NCBI GenBank assembly: GCA_049516875.1
Contig: JBEKSS010000003.1
Span: forward strand, 174,759 to 238,758
Source: Candidatus Bathyarchaeia archaeon
GTDB taxonomy: Archaea > Thermoproteota > Bathyarchaeia > Bathyarchaeales > Bathycorpusculaceae
Direction: 5' to 3'
DNA: 64,000 bases
Positions 1 through 9,453 of the stretch are shown here, in pieces. Under the pieces are notes generated by a model, which was given only the letters and a program-made list of their open reading frames with translations, searched no databases and had not been told where the DNA came from. Position 1 is the first letter of the stretch, and each line of letters starts with the position of its first letter. A program made the translations under genes and the position numbers.

Positions 1-117
1 GTTAGTCGGTGATCTGGTTGTAATCTGTTCTTTTCACATTCGAGTTGAGGTGTCTTCCGGGCAACCTTCTTTTTAGTTGCACTTGAGCGGGTCCTTTGGA
101 GGGCTTGCTACGGTGTA

Positions 118-1521
118 TCATTTTGTTGCGAATTCTTTGAGTTCTTTGAGTTTGTGTATCTCAATCAGGTTGCTTGCGTGTTTTCGAGAGGTTCTGAAGG
201 CAGCCGTGAACAGTATCGTTTCCTCGTCGTTGATAAGGCCTGTTGATTGAAGCTTCTTTGCAACCGCCAGAATTCGGTCGTTCTCTTCGCGGTAGTCCAT
301 TTGCATTGTGGATACGCCGAAGGCCAGTTCAAGTTGCCTCTTGACTTGCGCGTCGGGGGTCACGGCGATTATCGGCTGGGTTATCTTGAATCTTGAGATC
401 ATTTTGGCTGTGTAGCCTGATCTGGTCAGGGTGACGACTTTGCCTACGGGCATCTCTTGGCATATTCTTTGAATTGCCCTGCTTATGGTGTCTGAGATGT
501 TGATGAAACCCTCGTCTTCGACGTGGTTTTCGACTGCCTTTTCAGTTTCGACCGCGATTCTGGACATCATCGAGACGGCTTCTACTGGGTACTGTCCTAC
601 TGCTGTCTCGCCTGAGAGCATCGTTACTTCTGTTCCGTCCAGTATTGCGTTGGCTACGTCGCTGACTTCGGCTCTGGTCGGGATTGGGTTGTGCATCATT
701 GATTCTAGCATTTCTGTTGCCGTCACAACGGTCTTTCCTCTCTGGTTGCACTGTCTGATTATTGATTTCTGGACGAGCGGAACCTTTTCAGGTTCTATTT
801 CAACGCCTAAGTCGCCTCTTGCCACCATGATTCCGTCTGCAGTGTTCAGGATTTCGTTGAAGTTGTTGACGCCTTCATAGTTCTCTATCTTGGCGATGAT
901 TGCGCCCTTGCACCGGTGAGCCTCTTTCCTGAGGTTTTCTACGTCTCGAGCGTTTCTTGTAAAAGAGAGAGCTATGAATTCAACGTCCCTTTCCTTTGCC
1001 AAGCCTAATATCTCGCGGTCCCTGCCTGAGAGGGTTGGAACTGCAAGTCTCTTGTAGGGGATGTTAACTCCCTTTCCGTCATCTATTTCTCCAGGGGTCA
1101 AAGCCACTAGTTTTAGGGTGCTCTTCTTTTTTTCGGCGATTTTCAGTCTCAGCTTTCCGTTGTCAACCATGACATTGTCGCCGACATCCACGTCGTCGTA
1201 GAAATTCCTGCTGAAGCTTATTTTCTCGCGTTTGAAGCCGGCTTCGAAAACGTCTCCTTTGTCGATGGCCCTCTTGTTTTTTACTCTGAGCCTTATTTCA
1301 GGCCCTTTAATGTCAACTATTACCGGGATATCTGCGACTTTGCGAACGGTGTCAATCATGTTCTTGTATTGGTCGAGTGTTCCATAGGCAGTGTTTATTC
1401 TGGTGCCATTCATTCCCGCACGATACATTTTCTGAAGCGTTTCCTTAGAAAGGCTGGTCGGACCAATCGTGCAGACGATTTTGGTTTTCTTCAAAAACCC
1501 ATCTCCGATGCCCAGCTTCAA
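118..1521 (-). CDS. pyk: Pyruvate kinase
   Basis: KTKIVCTIGP N-terminus, IIAKIEN, DGIMVARGDLGVE, TATEMLESM, PTRAEVSDVANAILDG and MLSGETAVG motifs. The true start may be the TTG about 10 codons in. Confidence 0.97.
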   Translation of the reverse strand: MKLGIGDGFLKKTKIVCTIGPTSLSKETLQKMYRAGMNGTRINTAYGTLDQYKNMIDTVRKVADIPVIVDIKGPEIRLRVKNKRAIDKGDVFEAGFKREKISFSRNFYDDVDVGDNVMVDNGKLRLKIAEKKKSTLKLVALTPGEIDDGKGVNIPYKRLAVPTLSGRDREILGLAKERDVEFIALSFTRNARDVENLRKEAHRCKGAIIAKIENYEGVNNFNEILNTADGIMVARGDLGVEIEPEKVPLVQKSIIRQCNQRGKTVVTATEMLESMMHNPIPTRAEVSDVANAILDGTEVTMLSGETAVGQYPVEAVSMMSRIAVETEKAVENHVEDEGFINISDTISRAIQRICQEMPVGKVVTLTRSGYTAKMISRFKITQPIIAVTPDAQVKRQLELAFGVSTMQMDYREENDRILAVAKKLQSTGLINDEETILFTAAFRTSRKHASNLIEIHKLKELKEFATK

Positions 1522-1652
1522 AGATACTGTTGATCTTTGCTTTAACGCTAGCGTTTAGTCTTCAGTGGCACGTGTTAGAAGCATTTCTTTCTCTATCGCA
1601 ACTTTCCAAAAGTCATTTATATTATGGCTGCAAGAGTGAAAAACGATCTTGA

Positions 1653-1958
1653 ATGAAGTTCTTGATAATTGCGAAAGTGAGACAGACTCCTGTGGATGTC
1701 TGGGCTAAGCTGCTCCCAGCCCACTTCAAGTATCTTGACGAGTTGGAGAGGAAGAAGACTATCGAGGTTTCGTACCATCTGATTGGTCATCAGGGCGATG
1801 CTTTGATTGTCAACGCGAATTCAGATGAAGAGTTGGCGAGCATAATAGGTGAAGATCCACTGTTCTTCTACACCGAAAGAGAAGTCTACCCGCTTACGAC
1901 GCGTGAGGTTCATAAACGAAGACTGGAACAGATGTTCGGAAAGACCCGCCCGCGCTGA
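1653..1958 (+). CDS. Muconolactone isomerase-like / DUF3303-type small dimeric alpha-beta barrel protein
   Basis: 101 aa with an MKFLII start, 'IVNANSDEEL..II.EDPL' and 'EVYPL' patterns typical of the YCII/MIase superfamily. Confidence 0.65.
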   Translation: MKFLIIAKVRQTPVDVWAKLLPAHFKYLDELERKKTIEVSYHLIGHQGDALIVNANSDEELASIIGEDPLFFYTEREVYPLTTREVHKRRLEQMFGKTRPR

Positions 1959-2069
1959 GACGGCTTTGAATATCTTCTACACTTGGCGATGCTGTGCTGT
2001 TCCACGATGGGATGTAGATTCGGAAATCATTGGATTCCAATTCGCACCTGTAGTTGAGCGGGTGGTTGC

Positions 2070-2801
2070 GTGGTTATTCGGGTTGATCTTGAGTTGTGGG
2101 CGAGAGATGCGGGGAAAGCTGTTGGCCGAGGAGACTTGATCATTGTTATCGATGCTTTGAGGTCTGGAACGAGCGTCTTGAACGCGTTGACCAACGGTGC
2201 AGAGGCTGTGATTCCGGTAGTAAGTCTGAAAGAGGCTTACAGGCTTCGCAGTCAACATCCAGAATATCTCCTAGCGGGTGAGAGAGGGGGACACAGGCCC
2301 GAGGGCTTTGGCCTTGGAAATTCACCTTTAGAATTTACGCGTGAAAAGGTTGCTGGTAAGAGCCTGGTGATGACGACCACGAGCGGCACGGCGGCTTTGG
2401 TTAAGTCTCAGGAGGCGAGATGGGTTTTGGTTGGAGCATTCTTGAATGCTGGGGCAGTGGCGGAAAAAGCTGAGGAGATAACTGCGAAGGAAAGGGTAGG
2501 GGTGTCGTTTGTCTTGGCTGGAGAAAAAGGCGGTTTTTCTTTGGAAGACTTCCTGTGTGCAGGCGCAATCGCTGAGGGTTTTACCGCAGGGGGTGCTGGT
2601 TTTTCAGACAAGGTTCAGGCGGCGCTGTTGGCGTTCAGACAGGCAGCAAGCGATTTGACCGGAAGCGTCATGGGGGCGGAGCACGCGAAGCATTTAGTCA
2701 GACTCGGGTTCAAGGGGGACGTGGATTTTGCCTGTCAACTGAACGTGTTGCGAACAGTGCCGATATACAGCCTTGGCAGAATAACGTTGCAAAGTAGATA
2801 A
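2070..2801 (+). CDS. comB: 2-phosphosulfolactate phosphatase family protein
   Basis: IVIDALRSGTS, LAGERGG, GNSP, TTTSGT and SLEDFLCAG motifs. Confidence 0.92.
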   Translation: MVIRVDLELWARDAGKAVGRGDLIIVIDALRSGTSVLNALTNGAEAVIPVVSLKEAYRLRSQHPEYLLAGERGGHRPEGFGLGNSPLEFTREKVAGKSLVMTTTSGTAALVKSQEARWVLVGAFLNAGAVAEKAEEITAKERVGVSFVLAGEKGGFSLEDFLCAGAIAEGFTAGGAGFSDKVQAALLAFRQAASDLTGSVMGAEHAKHLVRLGFKGDVDFACQLNVLRTVPIYSLGRITLQSR

Positions 2802-2991
2802 TCTGCGGTGTTCAGGACCGTGATGATGTGACAGTGTGCACAGTCTGTGTTAGGACTATCTTCCTTGTTTTTCATGCGTGCAGTGGTAATTCTGACAGTG
2901 GTTGCGGTTCTTTTTTGCCATTGGCAGAAGAGGATGTGGGTAACAAGGAGTGTTGCAATATTCCTAGTCAGTGCTGGGGCACTGGCATGAT

Positions 2992-3240
2992 TTATCTTTT
3001 GATTCTCCAGACTAGGTATACTACTGAGAAAATCAGGAACGACGCGTCTAAGACGTTCGGGAACGATGGAAAGTAGACCCATTTGTTGAAGTACGTTGTG
3101 AATTTGAGTGCTATCCCGATCGTGCCGAAGACCATTGCCAAGAGTACGCAATCATTGAGCAGTTCTTTCCAATTTCTGTACATGGACTTCATTTTTCCAC
3201 TGAGGAGCCTCTTGGTGTGCCCCGGTTTTGGTTTACACAC
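2992..3240 (-). CDS. Small membrane protein (2 TM), hypothetical
   Basis: Two hydrophobic segments and a basic C-terminus; no family recognised. Confidence 0.45.
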   Translation of the reverse strand: MCKPKPGHTKRLLSGKMKSMYRNWKELLNDCVLLAMVFGTIGIALKFTTYFNKWVYFPSFPNVLDASFLIFSVVYLVWRIKR

Positions 3241-3339
3241 TGCATATTTTAGGTTTTCATCAATCGCAGGTGTGGTTGCTGTTGTTAGAGTCAGCTTTTG
3301 TTAGACACTTATATAAAAAACTTTGTTGAGGTAGAGTGT

Positions 3340-3990
3340 TCAGGTTATCCTTGTTGCTGTTTCTATTGTGAAGCCTCTTTCTCCTATTGAGTAGGGAAGC
3401 ATTCGTGTTGGAACGATGGCTCCGCTTATCTTCTTTATCATTATGTGTCTGGAGGTGGCTTCGGTTCCCTGTGTGGTCGTGAAGACTATGACGCCGTCCG
3501 CGAAATGCTGCATTGCGGTTTCAGTTTTCCGCTGCTGCATCCCCTTGGTCAGGAGGACTAGGTGCAATTCTGCGCATTCTCTGTTCTGAGTTGACATAGA
3601 GTTGAGCAGAGTGGCTACTTCTTGGGTTTTATGCGTGAGGACGAGTTCAGAGAGGGAGTCCACGACGACGCTTCTGTGTTGTTTCATCTCTCCTGTGATA
3701 GCGTCCATCAACGAGTCGGTTTGGGTGAAGTTGACAAACCTCCATCTTCCCGCTTTCTCCAATGATGATGTCTGCCACCCGTAAGCGGACATGTCGTCCC
3801 TGACGGAGTCTGCGGATCTCGTCACGGTGAAATACGTGATCCCAACCTCCTTGGCCCTCCAGTGGGCGACCTGTCTGGCGAAGACTTCGCTCCCTGACCC
3901 GGGTGAGCCTAAGAGCAAGAAGACTCTTGGGGGTAGGCCTCCTTGGAGGAACTCGTCGAGACCGGCGATGCCTGTTTTAAGCAGTTTCAT
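3340..3990 (-). CDS. KaiC/RAD55-like RecA-superfamily ATPase (single domain, degenerate Walker A)
   Basis: MKLLKTGIAGLDEFLQGGLP N-terminus, VVVDSLSEL Walker B and ADGVIVF. The P-loop reads GSPGSGSE. Confidence 0.88.
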   Translation of the reverse strand: MKLLKTGIAGLDEFLQGGLPPRVFLLLGSPGSGSEVFARQVAHWRAKEVGITYFTVTRSADSVRDDMSAYGWQTSSLEKAGRWRFVNFTQTDSLMDAITGEMKQHRSVVVDSLSELVLTHKTQEVATLLNSMSTQNRECAELHLVLLTKGMQQRKTETAMQHFADGVIVFTTTQGTEATSRHIMIKKISGAIVPTRMLPYSIGERGFTIETATRIT

Positions 3991-4093
3991 TCGTGTTCTT
4001 CCTTGTTGAAGTTTGTGACGCATTATGTTATAATGCTTTTCTATCGGGATCTTTGGACTCGAGTAGGCTTGTTCAGAAGCGCGCTATTGTGGT

Positions 4094-4137
4094 ACTAGAG
4101 GTTAGCTCTATAGGATTAATCCTTGGCTGTTTAAATA
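4094..4137 (+). promoter_or_regulatory. Pilin promoter: TAGAG-N5-CTCTA and GGATTAATCC palindromes followed by TTTAAATA TATA box
   Basis: Archaeal TATA box about 45 nt before the pilin start; 38/44 identical to 9410-9453. Confidence 0.7.
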
Positions 4138-4182
4138 ACTGCTTTGGGAAGTTGAATATGTCAAAACATGAGGAGGAGAGAA

Positions 4183-4614
4183 ATGAAAATGAAGAGTTTC
4201 AGAAGGAACAAGAAAGGAGTTTCGGATGTTATAGCCGTGCTACTGATGATAGCAATCGCTGTCGCAGCTTCGCTCATAGCCTACGCATGGGTTATGGGAT
4301 ACTTGGGAGGCACAACCAACAAAGTGGGCAAGGCAATACAAATACAAAGCATGTACTACAGCGGCACAACCTTATACGTCTACGTGCAGAACGTCGGAAC
4401 TGCGCCGGTGACGTTAAGCAGTGTTTACAGAAACGGAGTTCTTGACACTACAGCTACTTTCACCAACAACAGTCCAACATTAGCAATAAACCAAACATCC
4501 ATGGTAACCACTCTGGTTCCGGCCGGCTTCAATCCCACCAACGCAGTTGACGTCAAGGTGGTTTGCAGCGACGGGACTTTCATGGAAGCCACGCAGACAA
4601 TTCCAGGCTCTTAG
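4183..4614 (+). CDS. Archaeal type IV pilin (probable major pilin)
   Basis: Class III signal peptide KKG|VSDVIAVLLMIAIAV followed by a beta-rich pilin domain; RBS GAGGAG upstream. Confidence 0.92.
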   Translation: MKMKSFRRNKKGVSDVIAVLLMIAIAVAASLIAYAWVMGYLGGTTNKVGKAIQIQSMYYSGTTLYVYVQNVGTAPVTLSSVYRNGVLDTTATFTNNSPTLAINQTSMVTTLVPAGFNPTNAVDVKVVCSDGTFMEATQTIPGS

Positions 4615-4710
4615 CACCAAGCAGTTGAAGTCGAAGACTGATCGGGTCATGCGACCGGTCAGCTAGTTCCCCTTATTCTTTAGTCTGCACGTTAATGAAT
4701 GATCGTGTAA

Positions 4711-6333
4711 ATGGAGGATTCATTGCCGTTGGCTCTTAAGGATACGCTGAAAAAGCTGTTCGCTCGTAAAAGACCAGTTCATATTCCTAAATGGGTATCT
4801 TCGCCTCAGGCATCAATTGTAGAACCTGTTTCAAAAGTTGCAAGCACGCGTATTGAAGAACCTAACCTAGTCGAAACGTACCCACTGAACGAGCCGTACG
4901 CCTACGCAAATATTGTGCGAAATCCGACCCGTGGAAACCTAACGTATATGGTTGACGAGCCGAAGCTCAGCCAAAACGATGTTCTTCAGCTGGAACGTTT
5001 GAAAGGCTTGTTAATGGAAGTTCTGGACGTACACATGTCGAAGTTGGAGTCGAAGGAAACGGCTAGAGGGTACCTTGGACGGAAATCCGAGGAGGTGCTG
5101 GACCACTACGACTTCAAGTTGGACAAGGCAGCCAAAGGCAGACTTCTGTATTACATGCTCAGGGACAACCTTGGGTTCGGGAAGATAGATCCTCTGATGC
5201 ATGATCCGTCCATAGAAGACATATCGTGTGACGGGACAGGAATAAGAATCTACGTCTGGCACAGAAAATACGAGTACGTGCCTACAAACGTTCGGTTTGA
5301 AACCACGGAAGAACTCAACTCTTACGCGTTGAGACTGTCCTACTTGTGCGGGAGCCACGTCTCGATTGCGCAGCCGATGCTGGATTCTTCGTTGCCTGAT
5401 GGAAGTCGTATCCATCTGACCTACGGAACGGAGATCACGAGGAGGGGGTCTACGTTTACGATTCGGAAGTTCAAGACGGACCCGCTGACCATAATCGACT
5501 TGATAGGCTTCAACACTGTCTCGGCAGAGGTCGCTGCCTATTTCTGGTATGCAGTAGAGAACCGTGTCTCAATCATGGTTTCCGGGGGAATCGCTGCAGG
5601 AAAGACAACTATGCTCAACTGCCTCAGCATGTTCATCAAACCAGACTTAAAGATAGTTTCAATAGAGGACACGCCAGAGCTGAATCTTCCTCATGAAAAC
5701 TGGATACCCGCAACCACGAGGGCGCACATCGGCCTCGGTACCGAGGCGACTGATATAGGCCTGTTCGAGCTGCTTAAGGCCTCGCTCCGGCAGAGACCGG
5801 ACTACATAATCGTTGGCGAAGTTAGGGGTGCTGAAGCTTACACGCTTTTCCAAGCGATGAGTACTGGACACCTTGGAATGTCAACTCTTCACGCCGAGTC
5901 CGTGGAATCCGCAGTTTACAGGCTTGAATCAGAGCCGATGAACGTTCCGAGAACTCTGATTTCAGGGATAGACGTAATCACTATTCAGAAACGGGTTGAA
6001 CACGTTGACAAACCGACTAGAAGGACTGTGACGACATCTGAGATAGTCGGTCTGGACCCAAGGTCGAGGGAGATTTTGACGAATGAAGTCTACAAGTGGA
6101 ACCCGGCGAAGGATGCCTTCGAATACACTGGAAGAAGTTACCTTGTGGAGAGGATAGCAGAGAAAAAGGGCATTACCACGGATGAAGCGAACGAGGAGAT
6201 CCAGCGCAGATCTCGCGTACTTGAATGGATGCGTGAAGGGAACGTGAGAAAATACATGGACGTCTCGGATGTCATAAGGCGATACTACGAGAATCCAGAA
6301 CGCGTTTACAAGGAGGCGACGAATGGTGGATAA
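4711..6333 (+). CDS. Type IV pilus/secretion ATPase (VirB11/TadA/FlaI family)
   Basis: DPSIEDISCDG, FTIRKF, GGIAAGKTT, IEDTPEL, LRQRPDYIIVGEVRG and TGH..STLHA motifs. Confidence 0.96.
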   Translation: MEDSLPLALKDTLKKLFARKRPVHIPKWVSSPQASIVEPVSKVASTRIEEPNLVETYPLNEPYAYANIVRNPTRGNLTYMVDEPKLSQNDVLQLERLKGLLMEVLDVHMSKLESKETARGYLGRKSEEVLDHYDFKLDKAAKGRLLYYMLRDNLGFGKIDPLMHDPSIEDISCDGTGIRIYVWHRKYEYVPTNVRFETTEELNSYALRLSYLCGSHVSIAQPMLDSSLPDGSRIHLTYGTEITRRGSTFTIRKFKTDPLTIIDLIGFNTVSAEVAAYFWYAVENRVSIMVSGGIAAGKTTMLNCLSMFIKPDLKIVSIEDTPELNLPHENWIPATTRAHIGLGTEATDIGLFELLKASLRQRPDYIIVGEVRGAEAYTLFQAMSTGHLGMSTLHAESVESAVYRLESEPMNVPRTLISGIDVITIQKRVEHVDKPTRRTVTTSEIVGLDPRSREILTNEVYKWNPAKDAFEYTGRSYLVERIAEKKGITTDEANEEIQRRSRVLEWMREGNVRKYMDVSDVIRRYYENPERVYKEATNGG

Positions 6334-7207
6334 CAGGCTGGTCACTTTCCTCTGGAAGTTCTCAAAGATAGTTCATCCAAGCATCGTCTCAAAACTCGGG
6401 GGGCTGGAGAAGAGTTTGGGTAAAGCCAGTGTGAGGACAGCTTTCAGGGTGTATGTCGGGTTGATGATGTTTACCTCCTTGGTCGCTGGCGTAGGTGTCT
6501 TTGCGGTGTCCTATTCTTTGCTCTTGTACGCTAATTTTCAGATTTTGCATCCTCTCGTCGTGCCAGCTCTCGTCGGCGTCCTGGTAGGAGTTTTGTCGAT
6601 GGGTGTTTACTTCATCTACCCCGGTTTTGTTGCCCGTTCGAGAGCGAGCAATATCAACGCGAACTTACCTACGATAGCAAATTTCATGTCTGTTCTGGCG
6701 AGTTCTGGAATGCCCGCTGAGAGCGTGTTTCGGTCCTTGGGCAGGGTGGGAGAAGAGTTTGGCGTCAGCAAAGAGGTCGAGGGGATCATGAGGGACATCC
6801 AGCTTATGGGCATGGACCTTCACACGGCTGTTAAAAAAGGCGCTGAGAAGTCACCTTCAAGAGGGTTTGCAGCGCTGCTGGACGGGATAGTCACGACTTC
6901 TCATATGGGAGGCGATTTGGCTCTCTATCTAGGGGAACAATCCGAAAAGTACAAACGCGAAAGAATGCTGAACGTGAAGCATTTTATTGACAACCTTGGT
7001 ATAATCGCCGAGACCTACATCACCTTCATGGTGGCTGGTCCGCTCATGCTCATAATAATGCTGTCGGTAATGTCCTTCATAGGCGGCGGGATCACCATCG
7101 CGGATGTGGATCCAACGATCCTCCTGAACCTTCTGACGTTTGTTTTTCTGCCGGCTGGAGTCGGCATGATGATCCTGGTAGTCGACGGCATGAATCCGCA
7201 GAGGTGA
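6323..7207 (+). CDS. Pilus membrane platform protein (TadC/FlaJ, T2SS-F domain)
   Basis: Multi-TM with 'NLPTIANFMSVLASSG' and 'SPS..FAALLDG..T...GGDL'; follows the ATPase. Confidence 0.9.
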   Translation: MVDNRLVTFLWKFSKIVHPSIVSKLGGLEKSLGKASVRTAFRVYVGLMMFTSLVAGVGVFAVSYSLLLYANFQILHPLVVPALVGVLVGVLSMGVYFIYPGFVARSRASNINANLPTIANFMSVLASSGMPAESVFRSLGRVGEEFGVSKEVEGIMRDIQLMGMDLHTAVKKGAEKSPSRGFAALLDGIVTTSHMGGDLALYLGEQSEKYKRERMLNVKHFIDNLGIIAETYITFMVAGPLMLIIMLSVMSFIGGGITIADVDPTILLNLLTFVFLPAGVGMMILVVDGMNPQR

Positions 7208-7214
7208 ACGAACG

Positions 7215-8066
7215 GTGAAAATCTCCATAAAAACAAGACAAATTGCAGCCGCAATTTCTGTGGTCGTTGCCTTGGGCTTCTGCGTCGGGCTTTTCATCTT
7301 TCAGCCTGACACGGTCGCCGTTTTCTTCAGCGAGATATTACTTGTTGCGATTGTCATCGTGTTGGCTCCGTCGGCGATTCTCGAACACGTGAATCAGAAA
7401 TGGATGAACGGTATAGAAGATCAGATGCCCGTTCTGGTGAGAGGCATCAGCGAAAGCCAAGAGACGGGTATTACCTTCATAAAGGCCATCGAGAAGGTCG
7501 TGGAGGATAAGATGATTCGTCCACCGCTTTCCGACGAAGTGAAGAAACTCACGGTTCAGATGTCTTGGGGTCTGTCTTTTGAGGATGCTCTCAAAGGGTT
7601 CAGGAACAGGATCAATTCGTCCATTGTGAACCGATTCTGCACCCTTGTTTTGGAGGCAAGCCGTTCGGGCGGTCAGATAAGGAAGGTTTTCACGGCGACA
7701 TCCGGGTTCATGGAGGATATGAGGCAGATGGATAGAGAGACGACCTCTCAGATGAAACCCTACACCATCGTGGTCTATGCGGCATTCTTTGTTTTCGCGT
7801 TCACGTCCGTCGTCCTCGTAAGGTCTTTCTTCGCTCCGCTTCAAGGGCTTCCCCAGATACTCAGTCCTCTCAGCGTGGGAGGCGTCAGCGATTTGAAAGA
7901 CTTCTTCTACAGGACCATGTTGATCTCCGCCTTGGTAGGTGGTTTGATGGCGGGGAAGATAGGTGAGCGTCGCGTTGCAGGAGGCCTGAAGCACTCCATC
8001 GTGTTGATGGTCGTGGGATACTTCATATTCTATTTCCTGATTCCACCAAACTGGGCGGGGAAGTGA
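7215..8066 (+). CDS. Second pilus platform protein (TadB/TadC, T2SS-F domain)
   Basis: 'IEDQMPVLVRGISESQETG', 'SWGLSFEDAL' and 'GKIGE....GLKH' patterns. Confidence 0.9.
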   Translation: MKISIKTRQIAAAISVVVALGFCVGLFIFQPDTVAVFFSEILLVAIVIVLAPSAILEHVNQKWMNGIEDQMPVLVRGISESQETGITFIKAIEKVVEDKMIRPPLSDEVKKLTVQMSWGLSFEDALKGFRNRINSSIVNRFCTLVLEASRSGGQIRKVFTATSGFMEDMRQMDRETTSQMKPYTIVVYAAFFVFAFTSVVLVRSFFAPLQGLPQILSPLSVGGVSDLKDFFYRTMLISALVGGLMAGKIGERRVAGGLKHSIVLMVVGYFIFYFLIPPNWAGK

Positions 8067-8489
8067 ATGAGCGGGTTGTCGAGAAACAGGAAGGCAGTTT
8101 CATCCGTCATCGGTACAATCTTGATGATTCTAGTCGTAGTCATCGGCATGAGCATGGCGTTCGGCTATTTCGTAAACTTCGTGAAGGATTATCAAGCTGG
8201 CAGAGGCGCATCGGTGATGGAGTTGATAAGCGTCGAGGACGTCTGGTTCAAGGTCGGCGGAAACAATGTCGAGATGTGGCTCTACAACTATGGAAAGGTG
8301 GGTGTCAAGATGAGCACTTTCTACGTCGACGGTAGACAGGTCAGCCTAAACAGCGTCGACGTTCCCGTCGGCGGACATGTACCTGTGACTGTGCAAACGC
8401 AATGGCTCCCGGGCGTAACATACCATTTTAAACTGGTGACGGACAGGGGCTCGGTTTTCGAGGGTGATTACGCATCTTCAAGCATATGA
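8067..8489 (+). CDS. Minor type IV pilin
   Basis: Class III signal RKA|VSSVIGTILMI; 'YNYG' and 'KLVTDRG' pilin motifs. Confidence 0.88.
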   Translation: MSGLSRNRKAVSSVIGTILMILVVVIGMSMAFGYFVNFVKDYQAGRGASVMELISVEDVWFKVGGNNVEMWLYNYGKVGVKMSTFYVDGRQVSLNSVDVPVGGHVPVTVQTQWLPGVTYHFKLVTDRGSVFEGDYASSSI

Positions 8490-8507
8490 AAATGAGGTTA
8501 GAGAAGG

Positions 8508-9386
8508 ATGAAGAGACTGTTGAAGAACCGCTCTGGCACCGCTGAGATAGTGGGAACGGTGCTGTTTCTCGTGATACTGTTCTTCTTTTTCTCCAATGTA
8601 TTCCTCTGGCACAACCAGGTAACCCGAGAAATGGACCAAGTAGTCGCTGACAAGACAAACTCAGCGGTCAGAATAGAAAAGACAGTGCTCCTGGGGATAC
8701 CTGTGAACAGCAGTGATTGGCGGCCATATCAGTATCTACGTGAGAGCAAGACGCCTAATGGTTATTGTCTAGTAGGGGAGACCTATACGTTTATCACGGG
8801 AGTAGATGAGGCTGAAGAGACGCTGGTCGCGGATATTCGTGTTAGCATTTATGCAAGTTACAATGACCCCTACAGCGAATCATGTTTCGTATACATTAAG
8901 GACTTTAATCAAGTGGCATGGGTGAACACGGGACTGATGATAATGAACGGATACAGATGGTGCAACACCACTCTGTCACTTCCGGGCAGTTACATAGACA
9001 CCGGAGGGAACGTCGAAATCGAGATCGCGGATGCCAGCTCGCAATTGGGTTTCAACGATACTGCACAGGGGACACTTAGCATAGCGTCCATGGACGTCTG
9101 TGCAGATTGGATAGCGCTACAGGTCACTAACATTGGCGGATCAGATGCTGCTTTGTCTCGTCTGTGGATAGTCACGGCCACAGACCATGCCTACAGAGAT
9201 CTTAATGATGCATTGGTCGCTGGTGGATCGACGCGAACCATCATGTTCACCACCGAAACCACAATGGTGGCTGATGATGCTAGCAGCTTGGTTGTCAACT
9301 ATGCTCCGACAGCTGGACAGGCTACGTTTAGGGTTCTGACCACACTGGGAAACAATGCCGCTTGTAGCATTGACTTTCCTGACTGA
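8508..9386 (+). CDS. Minor pilin / pilin-like adhesin with inserted domain
   Basis: Class III-like signal RSG|TAEIVGTVLF; 'VTNIG...SRLWI' and 'RVLTTLGN' pilin C-terminal motifs. Confidence 0.8.
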   Translation: MKRLLKNRSGTAEIVGTVLFLVILFFFFSNVFLWHNQVTREMDQVVADKTNSAVRIEKTVLLGIPVNSSDWRPYQYLRESKTPNGYCLVGETYTFITGVDEAEETLVADIRVSIYASYNDPYSESCFVYIKDFNQVAWVNTGLMIMNGYRWCNTTLSLPGSYIDTGGNVEIEIADASSQLGFNDTAQGTLSIASMDVCADWIALQVTNIGGSDAALSRLWIVTATDHAYRDLNDALVAGGSTRTIMFTTETTMVADDASSLVVNYAPTAGQATFRVLTTLGNNAACSIDFPD

Positions 9387-9409
9387 ACAATGATCTCCAA
9401 ACTCGTGCA

Positions 9410-9453
9410 ACTAGAGCTTTGCTCTATAGGTTTATTCCACGGCTGTTTAAATA
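9410..9453 (+). promoter_or_regulatory. Duplicate of the pilin promoter upstream of the giant pilin-adhesin
   Basis: 38/44 identical to 4094-4137; supports a start at ATG 9495 rather than 9390. Confidence 0.7.
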
